Positions 39,215 to 50,449 of a stretch of DNA of 64,000 bases are shown here, piece by piece. Under the pieces are notes generated by a model. It searched no databases. It saw only the letters and a list, made by a program, of their open reading frames with translations, and was not told the DNA's origin. Source of the DNA: Stegostoma tigrinum (lineage: Eukaryota); NCBI RefSeq assembly GCF_030684315.1, contig NC_081355.1, positions 82,298,924 through 82,362,923 on the forward strand, written 5' to 3'. The position numbers and the translations under genes were made by a program. The stretch's first letter is position 1. Each line of letters starts with the position of its first letter.

Positions 39215-39480
39215 GTAAGCGGAGAAAAATATGAAAAAGACATGAGGAGCAGTTTTTTTTTAAAACAGAGAGTGGTTCGCATGTGGAATGAACTTCCAGA
39301 GAAACTGGTGGATACAAGTGCAGTTACAACATTTAAAAGCCATTTAGATAAGTACATGGATAAGAAGCTTTGAAGGGATATGGGCCAAGCACAGGCACAC
39401 GGGCCTGGTTTAGTTTGTGATCATGGTCGACATGGACTGATTGGACCGAAGGGTCTGTTTCAGTGCTGTATGACTCTGAC
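39215..39480 (+). mobile_element. CR1 3' tail
   Basis: FFLKQRVVRMWNELP...FKSHLDKYM, followed by a tail. Confidence 0.75.
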
Positions 39481-39749
39481 TACTATGTAGAGGCAAGAAA
39501 AGTAATGGTTGCTATTGTACTGTGTCAACTGTTAAATTTAAATCCGAGATTGAGATCTGAGATGCAGTAAAAAGCATAATAACTGGCTCGTTAAAATTTT
39601 GCAGCTTTGTGCCAATATGTAATGGAAATTCATTTGCTATGACCTCATGAGTCTGTGTGTAGTCTATTGTAATGGCCTCTTGTTTATAGAAATGTGCACA
39701 GACGGTTGGTAAACTATTGTGGATTTTGATGAAAAAGTATTCTTCTAGG

Positions 39750-40040
39750 AAAGGGTGATCAGCCTGAGGTCATGGCTCACATTGGTACCAATGACTTAGG
39801 TCGGGGAATGGGGATGAGGTCCTGAAAGCAGATATCAGGGAGCTAAATCGAACAATGAATGGCAGGACTGCTAAAGCAATCATGTCAGGATTACTACCAG
39901 TCGTGTGCACTGATGAGCATAAAAATGAGAATTTAAAAATTGAACCTGTGACTGAAAAGCTGGTACAGAAGGGTTGTCATCAGGTTTTTGGGACATTGGG
40001 ACTCTTCTAAAAAAAGATGGAATCTGTACAAGCCAATCGA
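39750..40040 (+). mobile_element. CR1 ORF1 SGNH/esterase relic
   Basis: KGDQPEVMAHIGTNDLG motif. Confidence 0.6.
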
Positions 40041-40952
40041 GCTACAAGTCAACCAGACCAACAGCAACACTTACCACAGCAACAACATTCCCCACAAAAC
40101 CAATAGCATCTGTGAACCAGCAGATCGGATGAACGGCAAATACTTGTACACATACCATTACAAACCATGAGCATTTTAAACATTGTGTGCAATGCATGTG
40201 TGGGGACAGAAAAAATTGGTACAGTGTAGAACAAAATTTTTTTTTCTTTTAATGAAGATGGGGTTGTTTGTATAAATGGCTTTGTACACTTCCCACGTCC
40301 ATGTGACCTCTGATGTCAGTAAATGTTAGGAAAGGTACTAGGCAGTAGCCATTTTACTCACTGCCTGGAACATTCCTTTTGCCAGGGCCTGCATGTGGGA
40401 TGAAGTGATCACTGATCGCAGTACCCTGAATTCCAGAACAGCACAGAAGGCACTAGTCCAGGGACTCCTGTCCAATCATCAGTGGTCACTGCTCCCTAGA
40501 CTGGGTGACCCAACTCTGGGAGGCAAGACATCCTGCCTCAGGAGGGCAGTGGCCTCAAACTCAGACAAATAAGCTGCTGAACCTGTAAAACAGAGTCATT
40601 CAGACAGAAGGAAGCAATGGTTACGGCCACAGCCTCCACACTCAATCCCAGACTAAGCTGCAGCTCTGCAACATTTGTTTTTCTTGAGATCGAAGTCATC
40701 TACTTGAGGTAATTTGAGGGCCTTGATCCTGGTTAATGATAGACTTAATTTACAAGTATAAGTTAGCCATTCTTTTGTAATTTTGGGTTAAAAATAACAC
40801 AAAAATAATTGTCACTTAATTTTGACTCAGTGATAGTAAATAGTTCATGATAGTCATAAAGATTTGATAAGAAAATTTGATAAATATGGGAATATATTAA
40901 TTAATAATGTATTGAAACTCTAAAAATCCTGTTCTTTGTTTTACTTTAATAG

Positions 40953-41021
40953 GGGGAGCAAGGCCCTTTAGGACCACCAGGGCCAAGAGGTCCAACAGGA
41001 GAAGGTCTACCTGGTGCAAAG
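40953..41021 (+). CDS. COL28A1: Collagen XXVIII-like exon (GEQGPLGPPGPRGPTGEGLPGAK)
   Basis: ttactttaatAG / GTacag; 69 bp, phase 0. Confidence 0.85.
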
Positions 41022-42092
41022 GTACAGAATTAAACAACATTCTTTTACTTACATAATGTCATTCCAGCACTAGGAGAGCATGAGTTACGCTATCTAGAAT
41101 AGCTGAGAATGTACACTCACACCCCTACCCTCGATCCCTCAATTCCACAAGGGCATGTAGTAAGGGACACTTTCAATTCTGATGAACATTTTAAGAGATT
41201 GAAAATTTGTGTGACCATCTTGCAAATTACCTAGATCCTCTCTGATCAAATGCTTTCAAGTTTTATTGGGAGTCATATTCTGGTAATGCTAACGTGCTGT
41301 TATATTTTGTTCTCTTTCCTCATCTAATTTTATGTTTGTTGTTGATCTAATTGGAATTGTCACACATTAGAATTGTTAGATAGGCAAAAATGATTAGGAT
41401 TTGTTGAAGTTATAGCCAACTGTCCCTTACAAAGTTTGAAGCAAATGAGTCTATAAGAACTTATATTAGTGATATATAATGCAATATTGATACTAATAAG
41501 ACGTATTATATAGAAATGTAGGGAAGTTACAGCACAGAGGCAAACCGTTCAGTCCCAACATCTCATATCAACAAACAGCCTCTTTTAATCACTTTTACCA
41601 ATCCATATCCATTCAACCCAAGTTCCCAATTCCTTCATCTACCCAATAAACTTAATCTTGAAGTTTGACACAGTTTCTGCCTCACCCACTAGTCCTGCAA
41701 GTAAATTCCACAATCTGACATTCGCCTATGTAAGGAGCTATCTCTGGTCCTTTATTCTAAATTTCCTAGAAAATGGATCGTTTCTCTGGCCCCTCATTCT
41801 TGACCTCTCAATCACGGGAAGCTGTCTACTGATATGCTTTTGCATACCAATGTCCTTCAGGAACTTCCTTCCCTTTTACTTTCTTATGACCACACCCTTC
41901 TTCAGATTTCCCCCATTTGCCGTATTTTCACAGCCCCCTGTGACATTTCCATTTTGACTCCAACTAACCAGTCCTCAGAAAAGGTTTCAGCTTCATCTCA
42001 CTCTGCTCTACCTCAATATATTTTGAGTGCAACATGATAATGTGGAATCCAACATAGCACATAATACTCTAACTGAGGTCTTATTAATGCTT

Positions 42093-42380
42093 GGGTGGCA
42101 TGGTAGCTCAGTGGTTAGCACTGCTGCCTCACAGCGCCATGGGCCAGGGTTCAGTTTTATTCTCAGGCAACTGTCTGTGTGGAGTTTGCACATTCTTCCT
42201 GCGTCTGCATGGGTTTCCTCTTGGTGCTCTGGTTTCCTCCGATTGTCCAAAGATGTGCAGGCTAGGTCAACTGGCCATGCTAAATTGCCTGTAGTGTTCA
42301 GGGATATGTAGATTAGGGGTGTGGGATGCTGTGAGAGTGGGGGTGGGCTGAAGGGCCTGTTTCCACACTGTAGGGAGTCT
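42093..42380 (+). mobile_element. HE1/V-SINE-like tRNA-derived SINE
   Basis: ggtagctcagtggttagcactgctgcctcacagcgcc head; ctgtgtggagtttgcacattct...tccaaagatgtgcagg core. Confidence 0.85.
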
Positions 42381-42707
42381 AAGTTATCTCTTACGATCTT
42401 TATTATCTCTGGGCTTTTATGCATTTTAAGATAAACTAAAAACACTGAAGTGCTGATACTAATGTCGAATCAATCTGAATTGCAACCCACCACGTCCAAT
42501 TCCCCCACCATCTTACACCCAAGGAACTCTGCTGTGCCTGAGTATTCAGTCTAATGCCATTCAGGAAGATAATGTCAGCAGGAAGAAACGAGCAGCTGAA
42601 ATATTTGCCCTCTACTTCACCCTAATATTAAGTTGTTGGTATGTCAAAGGAAGCCAGCAGCTCTGCAGTGCTTTTCTGAGCTATTTAAATAAACGTTCCA
42701 CTTTCAT

Positions 42708-42880
42708 TAGAGAGAAATAATTGGTAGTGGCTTAACCTGAGGGTCACTACACCCCAGGCAATAGGCAAAGCTGAGAAGGTGGGTCTTCATTGTAGTCTCA
42801 GCTGCTATGAAAATTGAACTCACAATGTTGGCAGCATGCTGTCTGATAAATAGGATGGTTAACCACCCGCGTTAACTGGC
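42708..42880 (-). mobile_element. tRNA-derived SINE relic (same family as 60995-61212)
   Basis: Shared motifs agagag-ggtagt-ttaacct...tctcagct...attgaactca with the 61 kb copy. Confidence 0.5.
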
Positions 42881-43057
42881 CCCCTATCAATTTAAAGAAC
42901 AATTTCAGAAATTATAAAGGGATTACTATCAAATTGTGTTAATTTCTATTTTCTGCTCGTTTTTGAGCTTATGGCGTTGAAGAGCATGACATTACCTTTT
43001 AGTAACCAACGAATTTAAGTAAAGACATATTCAGTAACTAAGTATATTAAATGACAG

Positions 43058-43126
43058 GGAGACCGAGGATTTCCAGGAGAAAGGGGCCCAACAGGATTAG
43101 GGGAAAGAGGACCTCCAGGTCCAAAA
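43058..43126 (+). CDS. COL28A1: Collagen XXVIII-like exon (GDRGFPGERGPTGLGERGPPGPK)
   Basis: atgacAG acceptor with a poor pyrimidine tract; strong GTaagt donor; 69 bp, phase 0. Confidence 0.82.
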
Positions 43127-45937
43127 GTAAGTATGCTACAATATGTGTAATACTTGGTGGTCATTAGCTTTTGTTTTTACTGCATTTTTAGGAACTGTGT
43201 GCCCTTTCTAAAAAAAAGAATCATGAGATACTCAATTATCATCAATGTGCCAGATTTGTTGTAAATTGCTCAAATTGAGGAGAAGAGCGTGACTGACTCT
43301 AACAAGTACAATACCATCGTTGCCATTTAGAAGAATTTTGCTGGTGCGATATTATTCAACCCTTTGTTGTCTAGGAATCTTTGCTGACATGAAAGGTGGT
43401 CAAATGGTGCCCAGAAGTCAACTTTTTTTCCGGGCAGATTGTGGTTAATTGATACTAACATGTTGCATGGACTAGACCTAATTTATTTGAGGTGACAAAT
43501 TGCCTAAAAAATACCAAAGGGTAGATTGACAGATATTATTTCCTCTGGTTGGAAGTTAGAATTGGGGCTGAATGACATACTGTCAGAATTAGAGACAAAT
43601 CTTTTAGGATGATGTTAGGAAGCACTTTGTTGAACTATGTGTGGTGGAAATCTGGAAGTGGGAGATACAATATGATTGACCCTGGGTTTACTTTCTTTGG
43701 TCCTGTGAGCTGCTAATTCCAATGGAAACATATTTCTTTGAACATGACAACATGCTGCATAAAAAAATCTGCACTTTAGATAAATAATGATGACATACAA
43801 CTTGGTTTAAGGTGCAATAGTGAAAGTTTATTTCTTCAGAAGAAATAAATGAAAGAATGAGCACAACCCACAGATCCTGTTTGCCTATCTGTGCACCCCT
43901 CTCATGCAGGGGTCACACCGACCAATTTTACATTTTGATGGCCATATCTGAGTTCTGTTGAATTTTATGAAGACTTCTTCAGCATGAGCCCTAGCCCTAA
44001 AGCAGTAACAGTGAAAACTTTTGGCTCTCACCCTATCTTACCAAACTTATGCTTTCATTACCTACTCTGCCCTATGGCATCTTTCACATCCAATTTCTGC
44101 CCCGTCTTACCACCCAGCATTCCTGGAATGATTCGTCAATCAGCAGATATCTACTGAAACACCAGCATCTCTTGTGCATGTGCCATATTTGAAAGGCTGC
44201 TGTGCACCAGAACAAGTGTTGGTCCTCACTGGCAATGTCATGGCACAGTTGCCACAAAACCACACTGGCCATGGCACACAGCCAGCATAGCTGAAACTCG
44301 CTCACAGATACAACCTGAGTCTCTCACCCTAGTCACTGTTTAACCACCAGGTCACATGGTTTACCTGTCCATTACCGCATACCATCTAAATCAGCTAGCC
44401 TCTCCTCAATGGCCACTCAGCATCACAGCTTGTCATTATCCAACAGGTGAGCATCACATTGAGGCATGCAATCAGACAATTTCAAACAAAAACATGAGTT
44501 TTTATGTGCAGAAAGGAAAGGGGAACAGAAATGAAGCTAATAGAGACTGAACAGCACCCCACGATACCAACCAGATTGAAGCATCATGACCAAAGATTGT
44601 ATTACAGTCAACAATTGTCTGCTGTACCCAGATATCTTCAATTGGGACTGGGTGTCAATGGGGTTCAGTTGTGTACAGCGCCTGTCATAGCTAAGATCTG
44701 TCATGGACAATGTCAGCTTTCTCTTCTTCAATGTCCTCATCTCCTCACAATACTATTTCCCTTCAACTAATTTCACTCACTCAGCACATTGCACCACTGC
44801 CTCCTCCAAAAGTGCACAGCATAACATGCCAGGATGATGAAGCATGCTCTGTCTGGCGCACACTACGTGCCCATTTGTCTGCACTAAACAACGCATTAAA
44901 ACAATAACAGTGAAAATCTTTGGCTCTGTTTGAAGCACCAACATGTAAACAAGCATGGAACAGCATGTTTAGAAAAATGGGAATCAGTATTAATAAGGCA
45001 AGTTGTAGTGTAACGAAATGGTTAACAAATGTTAATCCCCGTCAATTGTCATCTCACTCCTACCTGGTGAGATCCTCGCTGCACAGCCTGTGTAAAACAT
45101 AAAAGTTAGTGAGCTGGTCTCAATATCAAAATGGGCTTTGCTGCACTTCTAATCCAATTCTGCCACACATTACTTTTACTCTGCCTTCAGGTTTATGCAA
45201 CATCTCCAAATTTACAACCTGACACCTTTATTAAAGGCCTTTTCAGTACAACGAAAATAGGGAAATGACGTACAATGGCTAAGCAATTAGCTGATATGTT
45301 GCCAAGGGAAAATAAGAACATGCAACATACACATGTGTATTGGTACCATTCTCCACTAGTAACGGTGGTGAGTGACTTACAAGCAAAGACGATAATGCGT
45401 TTAAGTTTGTACTACTGTTAGAAAAATCAATTGTAAAGGTAGGGAAATATCCTTGTGTGCGTCTGATTGGCTGAGGGAAACAGGCATGGTAGTGTTTTGC
45501 CAATTGTGTCATTGCAGTACGATGTTAAAACAATTAGCCTCTTCTCTGAAAAATATCTTCAAGAATATAATTTTCTCACCCAAGAACATGACCTCTTTAG
45601 AACAGAAACTGATGAACATAAGGGAAAAGACTGATGTTAGACATGAATGCATTTCAGCTACAAGCCTTGAAACTACTGTTAGCAATATTATCAGTCAAAT
45701 TAATTGCTGGAGTTCAATCTATTCATTGGTTTAACTGAGCTGATAAACTTTACACGGGTCTATATCCATATTACAAGAGTGGACAAAGTGATGACTTTTG
45801 GATATGTTGAATGTTCTCTTGTTAACAACCCACATAGAACTTATGGATTCAGCTTTTCAGTTCATCAATATGTATATTTCAGAAAATCTATTGTGACCTT
45901 GAATCTACATTTTTAATTGTCATTAATTATCCTTCAG

Positions 45938-46009
45938 GGTGATCCAGGAACACCAGGAGCAGCAGCTACTCCTGGAATCCCTGGTGATGCTGGATCAAAG
46001 GGAGCAAAG
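45938..46009 (+). CDS. COL28A1: Collagen XXVIII-like exon (GDPGTPGAAATPGIPGDAGSKGAK)
   Basis: atccttcAG / GTactg; 72 bp, phase 0; one Gly position reads Ala. Confidence 0.82.
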
Positions 46010-47714
46010 GTACTGTAAGGACTTTTGGTTCTATTTTGTTTTCCAAGCCTCTTATTCCAGAAGCCAATGATTCTTACTGGAGTTAGGTTCTACAGAAACT
46101 GATAGATTTTCACCCATGTGAATTCATCCAAGTGTCTGTAATATGTTTATGCACTTTGCTGCTTGCTGCCTAGTGAGGACAAGCAAATGAACCTGGTCTT
46201 TTTCTTAGCCATTCATTGCTCTGCTTAATTGTCCACTATTATTACCAGTCAGCACTTGGAATGCAGATTTCACTCAGCATGATCTAGTTCCCAGTTACTG
46301 CACACATGGCTTACAGATGGATATCTTTGAGCATACTTTTACAAATGTATCTTTAAAGCCTCTTCTTTTGCATTTCCTAAACATTTCCAGACCCCACTCA
46401 AACATTATAAGTTGAGCAGTGGGATGGTTACTCAGCATGGAGTATGTAGAAAGAATATAGCTTTTTTTTGATGTATAGGACACTGTTTTGTATGTCTCAT
46501 GCTACCGTTCACTGTTATTTGACAGAATGATCAGGTGAAATTATAAAATCAATACTTCATATTTGATATGAAATGCTAGTTCTGCTTAGTAAATCCATGT
46601 TTGATGGTTACATGTTTTCCAATAGGTGGCTTTTCTTAGAATTGAAAGGAGTTACAGTCTAACCCATTGACCATTCACATACAACTTGGGTTGACTCAAC
46701 CCCAAGAAAGAATAAATGATAGTTTTCACAGCTGTTAAAATTTCTAAAGGAAGTGAACTTCAGCATTCATCCTCCTGGAAATGGGTTCATTTCACTCCAC
46801 TGCTTTCCAATTTGGCAGCACTTTGACAATGTGCTCCTTAGAGAGGATATTTAAATAGAGTGTAGTGAATAGAATATGCTTGTTGTTTCCATGTGATAGG
46901 GAAGGCATTTTTGTGGAATAGAACCACAATACAGATAAAGCTCTTCACTGCATCTGGTCACTGTGTTACCTGCTCTGAGAATATTTGGTGCTGTACTTTA
47001 CATAATCAATTCCAATGTGGTGAAGCTTCTCCCTCTTGTATGTTGGCAGTATGAAACTCTGATTTATTGTATGACCAAATGGTACTTTTTGCACACCTGT
47101 GTGTAATTATTTCCCTCACAGTCACCCTCTGTTCATGTGTATACGTTTCACTCTGGCTGGGTTAGATTTTTGCCAGGTTGGGTTGGCTCAGAGCCCTTTA
47201 AAAATGGCAGACTGAATCCAATTCCTGGGGTTTCCAATTTTCAGGAGTGCCTTTTAAAAGGTGGCTTGGGGTTATAGACTTTTACACAACACTCCTGACC
47301 TGGCCAACAAGGAAAGGCATGATTTACTCCATTGCAGTTTTGGTTGTGTCCAACCAGCTATTTAGAGAGTTCATCGCATCTCAAGGCATCATGAACCATA
47401 GCCTGCACAAGGGAATCTTTTGAAAAGCATGTTGACCAGATGATGAGCACCATTTAAATGTTTCACATAACCTCTCTTTTATTTTGTAAAAACTTTCTTA
47501 AATAAAGTAATATAATACTCTTACTGTGAATAGTTCCCTGTAAGAAAGCATTCACTTTTGTCACAGTCCTAACACAAAGATTCAAATTTAAGGTGTAAAG
47601 CTTTTCTCACCATAGCTGTTAAAAATCAGATCATTTTACTCCAAGCTACATCTACTTTAGATATGTCCTTTTTACGAATATTGAGTCGAATACATTTCCC
47701 CTTCATTTCTGCAG

Positions 47715-47783
47715 GGGGAACATGGAAGTCCAGGGTTACCTGGTCCACCAGGGCTTGGCATTAAAGGAGATCCAGGAAAACCG
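47715..47783 (+). CDS. COL28A1: Collagen XXVIII-like exon (GEHGSPGLPGPPGLGIKGDPGKP)
   Basis: catttctgcAG / GTgagc; 69 bp, phase 0. Confidence 0.85.
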
Positions 47784-48970
47784 GTGAGCTTTTTTTCTGT
47801 TTGAATTTTGTTTTCTCTTGTGGGATTTAAAAATGCCAGACAAGGAGACCATTTTTCTGATTGACTGCCATGATTTCAATGTGCTAGACCAGGGCCTGTT
47901 ATGAATTCAAATTTTGTCAGTTCTCCTCATAATTAGCAGCACACTGAGACTGCCCTTTATGCCAGCAGCTTCATTTGCACAAACTCTTTCTATTGGGTGA
48001 ATTTTGTGTATGCACTGTGATTGTACCCTCAATTATAGCTGGCAATAAAGGCCGACTATTTCCTTGTCTTCAAAATATAATCTTTTGTTTAAAGCTAAAC
48101 TGCTGGAATTTTATTGGATGCAACTACTTTTCTGAAAATGGGTACAGCCTCTAAAGCCCTTCTACTCCTGAGTTTTTCGGAATCAAGAGATAATGGTGTT
48201 GATATGTAACTTCAGTTGTCTGTCTTCATTCATTTTCACCCATTGAGCCATGTTTGCAACCCTACACAGATAACTGCCAATTGAGGCTAAAGTTCGTTCG
48301 GGAAGTGATGATGAAACCATGCCATTTGCTGTAATCTGTACAATGGTCACCTTTTTCCAGCATTAGTCAATTTAACAATTGTCTTCAATCTCCATGTCTC
48401 TGGGCAATTCTTGGCTGCTTTTGACATTTCTTCAATATCAGGATTGCACCGATGAATCGAACAAGAACTAATACTTTGTCTACCAGACCAGCCAACTTTG
48501 TTAATTTTTCCATGGAAAAGTAAGATTGAAGTAACAGAGCAATGAACTACTGTTTTTTTTTCCCATGGAATATTGGTGTCACTCACATCTAGGGACACCA
48601 TTTAATTCTATTCACAGACCACAAAGGACTAAATTCAGAACTGACAAAATATCTCATCTGAGGCAAGAAAGAGCAAGAATTAAACTTAACCAACTTAATT
48701 TGGATAAAACCAATGTGCATGGAAGAATGTGTAATCTAATGTGCAGTATATCTGGTCTCCCAGTTGATCAGCAACACTGAAGCATTCACCTTAATTGGTA
48801 AATCACCAGACAGCAATCATGATTATTTTATTCTGAGATTTGTTTAAAGGGCAAGAGAAACTTGAAGGATGGCTCATGAGGACCCTGACTATTGACAATG
48901 TCAAAATTGCAGATAAAATTTGGCCTGTGCATTTACAAGAATAGTAGTAAAACAAACTGCTAACGTTTTG

Positions 48971-49664
48971 CCCTCCCAGTCGCACAATAAACAACTGCAC
49001 CTCCCAGTCGCAAACCATTTCCACTCCCCCTCCCATTCTTTAGATGACATGTCCATCATGGGCCTCCTGCAGTGCCTCAATGATGCCACCCGAAGGTTGC
49101 AGGAACAGCAACTCATATTCCGCTTGGGAACCCTGCAGCCCAATGGTATCAATGTGGACTTTACCAGCTTCAAAATCTCCCCTTCCCCCACCGCATCCCA
49201 AAACCAGTCCAGCTCGTCCCCTCCCCCCACTGCACCACACAACCAGCCCAGCTCTTCCCCTCCACCCACTGCACCCCAAAACCAGTCCAACCTGTCTCTG
49301 CTTCCCTAACCTGTTCTTCCTCTCACCCATCCCTTCCTCCCACCCCAAGCCGCACCTCCATCTCCTACCTACTAACCTCATCCCACCTCCTTGACCTGTC
49401 TGTCTTCCTTGGACTGACCTATCCCCTCCTTACCTCCCCACCTATACTCTCCTCTCCACCTATCTTCTTTTCTCTCCATCTTCGGTCAGCCTCCCCCTCT
49501 CTCCCTATTTATTCCAGAACCCTCACCCCATCCCCCTCTCTGATGAAGGGTCTAGGCCCGAAATGTCAGCTTTTGTGCTCCTGAGATGCTGCTTGGCCTG
49601 CTGTGTTCATCCAGCCTCACATTTTATTATCTTGGATTCTCCAGCATCTGCAGTTCCCATTATC
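48971..49664 (+). mobile_element. Young PLE 3' fragment
   Basis: ORF 48920..49309 (HLPVANHFHSPSHSLDDMSIMGL); hammerhead 49540-49567; perfect 15-bp TSD actgctaacgttttg (48956-48970 / 49665-49679). Confidence 0.92.
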
Positions 49665-50353
49665 ACTGCTAACGTTTTGTGGTAATGTTTCAGAGGCCTT
49701 GGTAGATCACGGGGCAGACCTTACAGTACAATCCTGCCAGTGCCTCAAGATTATCATTATACACTGAAGGTTCTACAGTTTGCTTCTATTCTTCCACACC
49801 TGGATAGATTTAGATGGCAAAAGTCAGGTACAAGAGCATATGAGGATACTGATGTTAATCCAAAACTTATTGCTGCAGGAGAACTGTTGCAAAGCTGAAG
49901 GATACTGATAGATTAAGTATTCCCTGAAATGCCTCTGCCATCCATTCTACTAATATTCTGTCCCTCAAACAGTAGACACATTACAAGACAACATAATATT
50001 TTGATGTTGTTGGATATAGCATGGTTCTTCAAGAGAGCCATCTAGTCTTCAAACAGTGCTATGACATCCTTTACCTGAATAGGTAGGTAGAACTCAGTTT
50101 AACTTTTAATATGAATTTGACATCTTTGGCAATGAATTACTTCCTCCGTAATACATTGAAATGTTGGTATAACAATTTGGAGATTTTATTGATATAGCCT
50201 TCAAAGCGTTTTGTTATAATATTGCTGCAAAAGTAGATTATGTATAAAAAGAAACAACTCCCAAAGGTACAGAAGCCATTTGAAATGTTTGTCTGAATGG
50301 CTGTGAATAGGGAGACCAAATAGATTACATAGCAGGTTATACATGTTTTCAAG

Positions 50354-50449
50354 AGATAGCATGATGTAGAGCTGGATGAACACAGCAGCCAAGCAGCATC
50401 AGAGGAGCAGGAAGGCTGACGTTTCAGATTGAGACCCTACTTCAGAAAT
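50354..50449 (-). mobile_element. Solo PLE hammerhead mini-insertion (about 96 bp, tail-less)
   Basis: Ends at ...ctacttcagaaat (core on the - strand); TSD tacatgttttcaag (50340-50353 / 50454-50467). Confidence 0.8.

Noticed and set aside
42093-42165. tRNA genes (also at 6194 and 53661)
   Set aside because: These are tRNA-like SINE heads followed by SINE cores, not cloverleaf tRNA genes.
44700-45100. Possible Harbinger transposase relic on the minus strand (also about 21700-22300)
   Set aside because: Only faint similarity (approximately RPDRACFIILACYAVH); no TIRs or TSD could be established.
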